From Eledone cirrhosa (lineage: Eukaryota): 64,000 nt of DNA. Within the stretch, counting starts at the first letter, position 1. Each line of letters opens with the position of its first letter. The stretch is taken from contig OZ024752.1 in the NCBI GenBank assembly GCA_964016885.1, positions 21,266,001 to 21,330,000 of the forward strand, given 5' to 3'. The notes under the pieces were generated by a model that was not told the origin of the DNA, did not search any database, and worked only from the letters and a program-made list of their open reading frames with translations. Shown here in pieces: positions 1-11,312 of the stretch. Both the position numbers and the translations under genes were made by a program.

Positions 1-980
1 AAAAGAGCATCTGTGGTACTTTTACTTGATACAAACCCAAACTGCAGTTCATCTAGATCGATTTGCTCTCTGATTAGTTGTGTTATAACTCTTTCTGTGA
101 CTTTCATGACCTGGTCAACTAACTTAATGCCTCTATAGTTTCCCCTATCTAGGGCATCTCCTTTACTCTTGTAGCAGTTAATGATGATGATGCTACACCA
201 GTCATTTGGTATGACCCCATTCTGTATTACTTGGTTTACTATCCAGGTGATGTCTTACCATTCCAGATGCTTTCAACATCTCAGCAACTATCTCCCAGCT
301 TCTTTGCCTGTCTTCATATCTTTGATTGCCTTACTTATTATACTACCATTAACTTGCACAGCTGGTTCCTCTATTGGATCTATTTGGGGCAGACTATCTT
401 TTTCCCATTTATTCTCCTGATTTAGTAGTCTCTCATAGTGACACTTCCAAGCTACCTTCTTATCAATATCAGTGAGGGCAAGTGTACCATTCTCATTATG
501 GACACACTTCTCCCTGACAATAGCATGGTTTTCCATGACACATTGTCTGGCAATTCTGAACACCTCACGTTTTTGGTCCTCGTCGTGTAGAAAATGCTTG
601 AACTTTCTTTCCTCTGCTTTCCTTCTTGCAAAGCACATTTGCCGCCTAGCTTCTCTCCTGAGCATTTGATAGTGTTCTCTACTACCTCCATCCCGCCATA
701 TTTTCCAAGCCTTCTTTTTGGCTTTGATTCTCCCCTTCACCTTACTGTTCCAACACCAAGTTAATCGCTTCCTGCCTATAGGTCTGCTCCAGCCACAGAT
801 TTCATCTGTTGCCTTCAGCAGGTTAACTTTTAAGAATTCCTAATGTTCCTCTATATTGTTCATCTCTAATCGCCCTTCCTTACTGTAAAAAGCATAAAGT
901 AATAAGCTTTTAAATTTTTTACTCTCTATGCAGTCCTTCAACTTCCCTATTCTTCTCCTCAGAGTAGTCCTCATCTGTCG
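1..980 (-). mobile_element. RTE-clade LINE fragment (linker to RT start), decayed
   Basis: ORF 288..740 (KAWKIWRDGG...KKVAWKCHYERLLN) is collinear with the intact RTE ORF at 22405-25581. Confidence 0.9.
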
Positions 981-981
981 A

Positions 982-3900
982 AATACTGTTGAAAATATAT
1001 AGTATAGTATTACTGTTGAAAATATATAGTATAGTAATACTGTTGAAAATATATAGTATAGTAATACTGTTGAAAATATATAGTATAGTAATACTGTTGA
1101 AAATATATAGTACAGTACAGTATTACTGTTGAAAATATATAGTATAGTATTACTGTTGAAAATATATAGTATAGTACAATATTACTGTTGAAAATATATA
1201 GTATAGTATTACTGTTGAAAATATATAGTACAGCATTACTGTTGAAAATATATAATACGGCATTACTGTTGAAAATATATAGTACAGTACAGTATTACTG
1301 TTGAAAATATATAGTATAGTACAGTATTACTGTTGAAAATATATAGTACAGTACAGTATTTATGTTGAAAATATATAGTACAGTATTACTGTTGAAAATA
1401 TATAGTATAGTACAGTATTACTGTTGAAAATATATATTACAGTACAGTATTTATGTTGAAAATATATAGTACAGTATTACTGTTGAAAATATATAGTATA
1501 GTACAGTATTACTGTTGAAAATATATATTACAGTACAGTATTACTGTTGAAAATATATAGTACAGTATTACTGTTAAAAATATATTGTATAGTATTACTG
1601 TTGAAAACATAGTATAGTATAGTATTACTGTGGAAAATATATAGTATAGTACAATATTACTGTTGAAAATATATAGTATAGTATTACTGTTGAAAACATA
1701 TAGTATAGTATTACTGTGGAAAATATATAGTATAGTACAATATTACTGTTGAAAATATATAGTATAGTACAGTATTACTTTTGAAAATATATAGTATTGT
1801 ATAGTATTACTGTTGAAAATATATAGTATAGTATTACTGTTAAAAACATATAGTATTGTATTACTGTGGAAAATATATAGTACAGTACAGTATTACTGTT
1901 GAAAATATATAGTACAGTACAGTATTACTGTTGAAAATATATAGTACTAGCAGTGGTACCCGGCGTTGCACGAGATAAGGTATTTTGGAATGCCGGCCGC
2001 CAACAGACCTAATCGTGGAAAAACTGCATGCCTCGACAATATGTCAAGAAAATAAACCGAATACTCTGATGGCTGGATAATCTTTAAGATTTTCCTTGAT
2101 GAAACAGGAAAAATGCAGGTTTTCACCTAATGCACGCCCTAGGGCATCAAGAAAATTAATTTTTTTTATGTGCATAATATGCCTTGAAATTTCGGGAAAA
2201 TCGGCTAGGCGTAACGCCTAAAAAAAGCCCTAAAAAGCTGAAAAAATGAAGTTTTTCACCTAATGTGGGCCCTAGGCCATAAAAAAGTTGGATTTTGTTT
2301 GCTCACGGTATGAAGAAGAGACTGACTAATACATAGTTACAATTTCAAGCAAATCGGTCTGACATAACGCCTCAAAATACCCCTAAAAAGCTGAAAAAAC
2401 GCAGTTTTTCACCTAATGCGGGCCCTAGGGGATCAAAAAGTTGAATTTTTTATGTGCATAACACTCCCTGAAACATAACACGGGCCGCCAACAGACCTAA
2501 TTGTGGATAAACTGCATGCCTGGACAATATGTTAAGAAAATAAACCGAATACTCTGATGCAATTAGTATTAGGTATGTTTCTCCTTCCACGTGGAGAAAA
2601 TCGGCTTGGTGCTTTTGTACTTTAATACAAACCTGATTTTTGAATCGCAGCAGGATCGACTTTATTTCACTCGCTCCACTAAAAGTTGGATTTTCTTTGC
2701 TCACGGTATGAAGAAGAGACTGACTAATACATAGTTATCGGCTTTCATTTTTAGTGTTGTGTGAAATATATAACCGCCTTAGCTAAGCTTAGTATTGCCA
2801 CAACCACGGCTGGCAAAGAAGTAAGGGTCTGGTGGTAAGTAAGTAAGTAACACTGTGGCTTAAAACGTGAGGAAGAAGTTGTGTGCACTTACCAACTGTT
2901 TGGGGAATGAGTGTGAGATTTGTCTTCAGCAAGGGTGGCAAAATAAATGGAGGCAGTAGGCCGTAAGTGAAAAATCTGCACGCAGAAGGAATTTTGGGAA
3001 GTGACGTAATGCAGACAGCCAGACATACAGACAGATATTATAAGGGCGCCTTCTGGACTCAGAGGGAATTGTGGGAAGTGATGTAATGCAGACAGTCAGA
3101 CTTAAAGACAGATATTATAAGGGCGCGACGTTATATGTATGTATCTATCTAAAAAGAGAAAGACTAAGAATTATAGAGAGGGATCGCTAAATCGGTCCCT
3201 AGGGCATTGAAAAATTGAAATTTGTTTGGCTCAGAACACTCTCTTTACATGTGTAAAGTTTGAAAACAGTCGGTTGGGTGCTTCTAGAGTTTTAGGGATT
3301 CAAACACACACACACACACACAGACAGATATCCTCAGTTTTATATATATAGATAGTATTATGGTAGAAAATATATAGTATAGTATCACTGTTGAAAATAT
3401 ATAGTATAGTATTAATGTTGAAAATATATAGTATAGTATTAATGTTGAAAATATATAGTACAGTATTACTGTTGAAAATTTATAGTATAGTATTACTATT
3501 GAAAATATATAGTATAGTATTACTGTTGAAAATATATAGTATAGTATCACTGTTGAAAACATATAGTATAGTATAGTATTACTGTTGAAAATATATATTA
3601 CAGTATTAGTGTTGTAAATATATAGTATAGTACAGTATTACTGTTAAAAATATATAGTATTGTATAGTATTACTGTTGAAAACATATAGTATAGTATAGT
3701 ATTACTGTTGAAAATATATATTACAGTATTACTGTTGTAAATATATAGTATAGTACAGTATTACTGTTAAAAATATATAGTATAGTACAGTATTACTGTT
3801 AAAAATGTATAGTATTGTATAGTATTACTGTTGAAAACATATAGTATAGTATTACTGTTGAAAATATATAGTATAGAATAGTATTACTGTTGAAAATATA

Positions 3901-4520
3901 TAGTACAGTATTACTGTTGAATACATATAGTACAGTATTACTGTTGAAAATATATAGTATAGTATAGAAAATATATAGTATAGTATAGTATTAAACATAT
4001 AGTATAGTATTACTGTTGTAAATATATAGTATAGTATTACAGTTGAAAACATATAGTATAGTATTACTGTTGAAAACATATAGTATAGTATAGTATTACT
4101 GTTGAAAATATATAGTATAGTATAGTATTACTGTTGAAAATATATAGTATAGTATAGTATAGTATTACTGTTGAAAATATATAGTATAGTATAGTATTAC
4201 TGTTGAATACATATAGTACAGTATTACTGTTGAAAATATATAGTATAGTATAGTATTACTGTTGAAAATATATAGTATAGTACAGTATTACTGTTGAAAA
4301 TATATAGTACAGTACAGTTTTACTGTTGAATACATATAGTACAGTACAGTATTACTGTTGAATACATATAGTACAGTATTACTGTTGAAAATATATATTA
4401 CAGTATTACTGTTGAAAACATATACTATAGTATTACTGTTGAATACATATAGTATAGTATAGATAGATAGTATAGTATTACTGTTGAAAATATATAGTAT
4501 AGTATTACTGTTGAAAATAT
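982..4520. repeat. 27/32-bp AT-rich minisatellite (tactgttgaaaatatatagtatagtat), split by a Helitron-type insertion at 1947-3352
   Basis: Unit repeated through 982-1946 and 3353-4520, with variable 5-bp agtat/agtac additions. Confidence 0.95.
1947..3352 (-). mobile_element. Non-autonomous Helitron
   Basis: Minus strand begins TCTATATATATAAAACTGAG and ends CTAG after a cgtgcaacgccgggtac hairpin-like motif; inserted between A1946 and T3353 without TSD; internal duplications (~1990-2070 and ~2480-2560). Confidence 0.75.
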
Positions 4521-4684
4521 GTACACGAATATATAATTATATATATAATTAATTAATTAAAAGTTGGTTACAAGTGAAGTCAATGCAGCCAGGCTGCATT
4601 GACTTCACTTGTAACCAACTTTTAATTAATTAATTATATATATAATTATATATTCGTGTACATATTTTCAACAGTAATACTATA
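4498..4684. repeat. Perfect palindrome, 93-bp arms, 1-nt spacer (A4591)
   Basis: ...caagtgaagtcaatgcagcc-a-ggctgcattgacttcacttg..., with arms matched base by base. Confidence 0.95.
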
Positions 4685-4740
4685 TATTTCCCGTTACATA
4701 TATATAAGTTTACCGTTACGCATATATTTTATATTTCTTA

Positions 4741-4851
4741 ATAGTCTCTGATGAAATGGTTGATTTCAGATGTATTGTAAATTGAGTTATACTGTCTCCA
4801 GTATTTAGCAATTTATAGACAATTCTATCATGGAAACAATTGTAAGACTGT
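4741..4851 (+). ncRNA. Type I hammerhead ribozyme with extended stem II
   Basis: atagtct-CTGATGA-[78-nt hairpin]-GAAAC-aatt-GTA-agactgt; stem I 7 bp; palindromic stem III ACAATTGT. Confidence 0.75.
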
Positions 4852-4929
4852 AAATACATTTCCTTGTTTGTACTGTCAACCATGTTATTCTTCACTTATA
4901 TATATATATATATATATATATATGATATT

Positions 4930-5950
4930 TTGATTCTGTCAGGGAAATGGCCATGTTCGATATGCAGAAAAGGAACTGGCATAAATTCTATAAAATGCAC
5001 ACAATGCAGATCCTGGGTACACAAGAGATAGAGTGTGATAGCAAGCAAACTAACAGGTAGGGAGAAATACGTATGCAGTAGATGTACAGGGAAATTTGAC
5101 AGTAGAAGTCTCATTGATAGACACATTTTTCAAATGCAGGTGGGTGCTATAGAAGTGGTTGATAGCTTCCGGTACCTAGGTGATCAGATTAGCATGGTAG
5201 GGGGGGGGGAGTCTTCTGAGGCCATAGTATCTAGAATAAGGAGTGGTTGGAAGAAGTTTAGGGAGCTGCTTCCTCTGTTGACAAAGAAGGGTTTCTCCCT
5301 GCATACGAAAGGAAGGTTATATGATGCCTGTGTGATATGCGGGATGCTGCATGGTAGTGAGACATGGGCAGCAACTGCAGAGGATATGCGACGGCTGCAG
5401 AGAAATGAGGCAAGCATGCTCCGTTGGATGTGCAATGTCAATGTGCGTGAATGACCGAGCATGGATGTGTTGAGAGAGTAACTGTGTCTGAGAGGGATAA
5501 ATTGTAGTGCGGGAGAGGAGACTGCGATGGTATGGACATGTGATGCGGATGGAGGATGACCAATGGGTGAAGAAGTGCCAAGAAATGCCAGTTGAAGGAA
5601 GACGTGGTGAGGTAGACCACGCAAAACATGGGCGGAGGTGGTGAGAGCAGACCTCAGATCGCTGTAGCTTACGGAGGAGATGATGAAGGACCGTGACAAG
5701 TGGAGAGATGCTGTGCTGAATAGGATCCGTCCCACTCTTGCAAGCAGGGAAAAGCAGATGTAAAATGATGATGATGATGATATAATATATATATATATAA
5801 TATATAATATATATATATAATATATATATATATAATATATATATATATATTATATATACATAATATGTGACGGGTGGAGAGATGTGCTGAATAGGACCCA
5901 TCCAACCCTTGCAAGCAGGGAAAAGCGGACGTAAAGTGATGATGATGATG
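4930..5950 (+). mobile_element. RTE LINE 3' fragment plus a second short 3'-tail copy (~5860-5950)
   Basis: FRYLG and MLHGSETW in ORF 5035..5454; both end in cttgcaagcagggaaaagc..gtaaa(tga)n. Confidence 0.9.
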
Positions 5951-5999
5951 ATATATATAAATATGTATATATATATAGAGGTAGAACACTGGAAGGTGA

Positions 6000-6490
6000 T
6001 ATCCGTAGTAGTAGAGCACTCAGTCTATGGGACAAGTTAGGTAGAAGTGGTAACACAAGTTAGTTCACCATACCGAGAACAATTGTTTCACCTTAGCCGA
6101 TCTTAGCTCGGACTGGTGTTGGTTATACGGGATAGGAAGAATAACTGCATGAACGCGCATGCGCAGAAATAGTCACTTCAGCCAAGCGATACAATGCCAC
6201 GGGCGAAAGGTGTAAGGGAGATAACTGCGAAAGTCCGAAAAGTAGTTTGAGTTGACAAGAAAATTAGTATGTTATTGTTATTCAATCCGGAGGTTTGTAG
6301 TTATGTAAGATGTGTTTCCAGACATGTGGACACAGTTCACAAGACGGGTATGGCTTGGATTTAGTGATGGCTTTCCATTGAATGGAGTAGTCTATACTTG
6401 AGTCCTTCAGGGACCATACGTGGCTCGCGAGTTTCATGGATGATCGTTTGTCCGGGTATCTAAAGTTCTAATAGTTCAGGTAGCTTGGAA
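6000..6490 (-). mobile_element. Penelope-like element 3' end with a degenerate hammerhead at 6073-6111
   Basis: Minus strand translates MKLASHVWSLKDSSIDYSIQWKAITKSKPYPSCELC (PLE GIY-YIG C-terminus); downstream ccgag-CTAAGA-...-GAAAC-aatt-GTT-ctcgg. Confidence 0.7.
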
Positions 6491-7743
6491 GTGTCACTAT
6501 GAGAGACTACTAAATGAGGAGAATAAATGGGAAAAAGATAGTCTGCCCCAAATTGATCCAATAGAAGGACCAGCGATGCAAGTTAAAGGTAGTATAATAA
6601 GTAAAGCAATCAAAGATATGAAGACAGGCAAAGCGGCTGGGTCTTCGGAGATAGTTGCTGAGATGTTGAAAGCATCTGGAATGATGGGACATACAATGGT
6701 GACCCGGATACTAAACCAAGTAATACAGAATGGGGTCATACCAAATGACTGGCGTAGCATCATCATCATTAACTGCTACAAACGTAAAGGAGATGCTCTA
6801 GATAGTGGAAACTATAGAGGCATTAAGTTAGTTGACCAGGTCATGAAGGTCACAGAAAGAGTTATAGCATAACTAATCAGAGATTGAATTGATCTAGATG
6901 AAATGCAGTTTGGGTTTGTGTCAGGTAAAAGTACCACAGATGCTCTTTTCCTGTACGAAAACTACAGGAGAAGTACCTAGCTAAAAGTAAACCCCTCTAC
7001 TTAGCTTTTGTTGACTTGGAGAAAGTCTTTGACAGAGTCCCATGTTCCATTATCTGGTGGGACCTTAGAAAGCTAGGAGTACATGAATGGTTTGTGAGAA
7101 CTATACAAGCCAAGTATAAAGCAACAGTCAGTAAGGTTAGAATTAACAATGAATATAGTGAAGAATTTAGCGTAAAAGTCAGTGTTCATCAAGGCTCTGT
7201 CCTTAGCCCCTCCTGTTTATCATTGCCCTTCAGGCTATAACAGAGGAGTTTAAGACTGACTGCGCATGGGAACTTCTATATGCAGATGATCTAACGCTCA
7301 TAGCTGAATCTATGGCTGAACTAGAGAAGAAATGGAAGCATGGCCTAGAATCAAAAGGCCTTAAAGTTAACTTGTCTAAGACTAAAGTTCTAGTATGTAG
7401 AAAGGAAAATAGAGCACAGATGCCCTCTGGGAAATGGCCATGCTCAGTATGTAGGAAAGGAGTAGGTAGAAATTCCATATTATGTCCCAAATGCAAACTA
7501 TGGTACATAAAAGATGTAGTGGGATCACAGGCAAGCTATCTAAGAACGTAGATTTTATGTGGCCGATGCTCAGGTACAATAAGCAACAAGTGCCCACAAG
7601 ATCCTAGCTCCTTCTACTGCCCAGATGGTTCCATAGAAATAGTGGACACTTTGTGTCACCCATCCAATCTTGCTTCAAATGGGACAATTCCCATCTAACC
7701 CATGCTAGTGTGGAAGATAGATGTTAAACGATGATGATGATGA
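6490..7743 (+). mobile_element. RTE LINE fragment (RT region, internally deleted, with 3' tail)
   Basis: YRGIKL and HQGSVLSP in ORFs 6576, 7016 and 7312; (tga)n tail. Confidence 0.9.
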
Positions 7744-7899
7744 TATATATAAATATATATATATCAACGCAGAGGGGGTATAGCAACTCCTTGAGGTGGC
7801 CTGGTCGAAGACCATCAGCACCTCCGCTGCTGCTAGCTGGGGAGGACTTGATGGCAGACATGATGTCTGCGTCTATGTAATATTCATTCATTATTTATT

Positions 7900-8227
7900 C
7901 GGGTGGATTGGCAGTATCGGTAGAGAGTCGGACGCCATGCTTTCCAGCATAGTTACGTCCCTTTACGGTCTGAGTTCAAATCCCGTCGAGGTTAACTTTG
8001 CCTTTCATCCTTACGGGGTCGATAAAATAAAGTACCAGTAATGTACTGGGTAATTGCTGGCCTTGTGCCTAAAGTAGAAACAATTATTTATTCGGCCCTT
8101 GCCATTCTGAGTTCAAATCCCGCCAAGCTTTAACTTTGCCTTTCATCCTTACAGGGTCGATAAAATAAAGTACCAGTAATACACTGGGTAATTGCTGGCC
8201 TTGTGCCAAAAGTAGAAACAATTATTT
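7900..8227 (+). mobile_element. tRNA-derived SINE family B, one full and one partial copy in tandem
   Basis: A-box-like tggcagtatcggtag, B box gagttcaaatcc, body tttgcctttcatcc..gggtcgataaaataaagtaccag; further copies at 43788-44228 and 59773-59961. Confidence 0.8.
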
Positions 8228-8229
8228 AT

Positions 8230-9400
8230 TCAAAGTAATCCAACTTATTTTACAAACGGGATAAAAAAATATATTCCGGACACAGTCCTGCACTCCTTAC
8301 TTTATATCTTTGCGCTGACAATACAACAGAACAAATACGAATAAGGAAAATATGTTTATTCAAAAATATAGACCAGCATTAAATATAGTTTAATATACAT
8401 TATGTTAACACCATAACATGCTAACTATCCAAACAGACACATACATACACACACACACATAACACCTATATTCGAAAATAAAAACCAGAGCTAAATAAAC
8501 CTTAACATATGTTAATACTCTAACACCTTAACATGCTAACCATATCCCCCCCACACATAACTCCCGTCCCCATTTCTACTAACGGAATAATTTTCCTACA
8601 CACACACACAAAAATATATATTCTCTCCATCTTAACATGCTAACCATACTCCCACACACACATACACACACATATAACACCCCCCCCCCCCCCCACACAC
8701 ACCAACACACAAATAAACATACATATTTCTACTTTCTTTATTTCAATAGAAAGTCTGAATTTTGACACCCCAGCACATCAGCCATACTCACTGAACCAAA
8801 ACAATTCTCCCCATCCCTTTTTTCTTGACCATTATCTTTTGTTTGGCACAAAATTTTCTAAATGGCTACAAAAAAATTCCCAAATACGGGTGCGAAATTT
8901 AATGTACTTATTCACGCGACAATCATAATTTCATTTATAACCAATCAAATTACATTTATAAAAAAACCTACTTGAACCACTTTTTTTTAAGTAAAAAGAA
9001 ATTCAAACACAAACTGGTGCGAAAGTTGATGTGCTTATTCACGTGACTGCATCAACCAACCAAATTTCACTCATATATGAAAAAACAATCTGAGCCCCCC
9101 CCCCCCCCCTTTAAAGACAAATATAATAAGAGCTTTGTAACGCGAACTGGCGCAAAATTTATTATACTTATTCACATGACAGTCATCAACCAACCAAATT
9201 ACTTTTCTAAAAACCTAGCACTTTTTTGCATATAAAACAGAAGTAACATTCAAACCAGATGCGAGAAAAACCACAAACCCTCCATCTCAATTCTACTTTG
9301 AAAAGCACAAGAACTGCGAAACCGGTAAAGGGACCAAATAAATATTTTAAAAAGACACCAGTTGCATTTTCGATTTCATCTTTTTTCCTTTTATATATAT
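8230..9400 (+). mobile_element. Probable Penelope-like 3' end and UTR with a hammerhead-like variant near 9296-9330
   Basis: Frameshifted EQIRIRK-ENMFIQKYRPALN resembles a GIY-YIG tail; ctt-TGAAAA-gca..tgc-GAAAC-cg-GTA-aag. Confidence 0.45.
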
Positions 9401-9401
9401 A

Positions 9402-10210
9402 TCATCATCATCATCATCATCATCATTTTACGTCTGCTTTTCCCTGCTTGCAAGGGTGGGACGGGTCTTATTCAGCACAGCATCTCTCCACTCGTCACGG
9501 TCCCTCGTCATCTCCACCGTGAGCTTCAATGATCTGAGGTCTGTTCTCACCACCTCCGCCCATGTTTTTCGTGGTCTACCTCTATCACGTCTTCCTTCAA
9601 CTGGCATTTCCTGGCACTTCTTCACCCATCGGTCATCCTCCATGCGCATCACATGTCCATACCACCTCAGTCTCCTCTCCCGTACACTACATTCTATCCC
9701 TCTCAGACACAGTTTCTCTCTCAACACATTTATGCTGGGTCGTTCACGCACATTTACACTGCACATCCAACGGAGCATGCTTGCCTCATTTCTCTCCAGC
9801 CGTCGCATATCCTCTGCGGTTGCTGCCCATGTCTCACTACCATGCAGCATCGCGCTCCTCACACAGGCATCATACAACCGGCCTTTCGTACGCAGGGAGA
9901 AACCCTTCTTCGTCAACAGAGGAAGCAGCTCCCTAAACTTCTTCCAACCCGTCCTTATTCTAGATACTATGGCCTCGGAACACCCTCCTCCCATGTTAAT
10001 CTGATCTCCTAGGTACCGGAAGCTATCCACCACTTCTATAGCGCCCTCTCGCATTTGAAAAATGTGTCTATCAGTGCGACTTCTACTGTCTAATTTCCCT
10101 GTACATCTACTGCATACATATTTCTCCCTACCTGTTAGTTTGCCTGCTATCCTGCTACATCTCTTGTGTACCCAGGACCTGCATTGTGTGCATTTTATAG
10201 AATTTATGCT
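9402..10210 (-). mobile_element. RTE LINE 3' fragment
   Basis: ORF 9428..10258 with WVHKRC, FRYLG, RLRWYGHV and GRPRKTW; (cat)n tail. Confidence 0.92.
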
Positions 10211-10580
10211 ATATAGTAATATATAGTAATAATAATAAATTTGAAGACTAAAATCCAAAGAGGGATCGATAACGATAAATATATATCAAATATATAAGAA
10301 CCGTCGAGCAAATTTATACCATAAACGTGGTTTTGTCTTTGCGTGTAATTGTTTTCACCACTCCAAATAATGACGTATTATCCTCGTTTTTTCCGTTCTT
10401 TGACAGGGAACGTTTCCACGAACCAAAGTATCGTCTTTCTGTCTTCCTTCGGTTGCAACGTTTTTTGAAATATTTACTTCTGCGTTCACAGATTAACTTT
10501 TTTAGTTTCAGAAGATCCCGTTAAGGGTGAAAGCAGCGATAACTTTAATCTGTTATTTTAATAAATATATACATATATAT

Positions 10581-10793
10581 ATATAAATTCAGCGAGAATC
10601 GCATTTCGGTGGGTATAAAAAGCGAAACGAAACGCAAAATCAGAGTTATGCTGGCAAGCGCTCTATAGTTAAATAACCAGAGCTAAACATATGTTAAAAC
10701 GCCATACAAGCTAAAAAAGTGGTCAAGAAGGCATTAACCACCTAAGCCAAAAAACAAGTCAAGCTAAACAGGTCAGACAAAATAAATGATAAA

Positions 10794-10839
<46 letters not shown>

Positions 10840-11301
10840 CACACATATTGGAATTGATGGTAAAATCGAAATACGGGGTTTCTATGTCACCTAAATCAAT
10901 TATACTGTCTGCTTAAAACTATAAACTTTTGGTATAACGATTGAACAAGGAATATCACGTTATCAACAGGTATTTTGTTCTGCGCCAACTTTGTGAATGA
11001 CGCAGAGCTTTGTAAAAGCACATGTGTAACTCACAAGGGCAAAAACCCCAGATTTTGGCAAATGAATTCAGTATGTGTAAATCATGCAAAAAATTGCATA
11101 AATAGCACAAATCGAATAAGCTCTCGACCTGGTAGTTTTTAAAATAAACTTATGCAATTAATCTGTCAATAGAACTCGGGAGATTAACAAATATAAATTC
11201 AGCGAGAATCGCATTTCGGCGGGTAGAAAAAGCGAAATGAAACGCAAATCAGAGTTATGCTGGCAAGCGCTCTATAGTTAAAAAACCAGAGCTAAACATA
11301 T
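10581..11301. repeat. ~110-bp direct repeat at 610-bp spacing (10581-10692 and 11191-11301)
   Basis: atataaattcagcgagaatcgcatttcgg...ccagagctaaacatat occurs twice. Confidence 0.85.
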
Positions 11302-11312
11302 ATATATATATA

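Noticed and set aside
982-4520. Regular 27-32-bp repeats resembling a CRISPR array
   Set aside because: There are no unique spacers or cas genes, and the context is eukaryotic; it is a minisatellite
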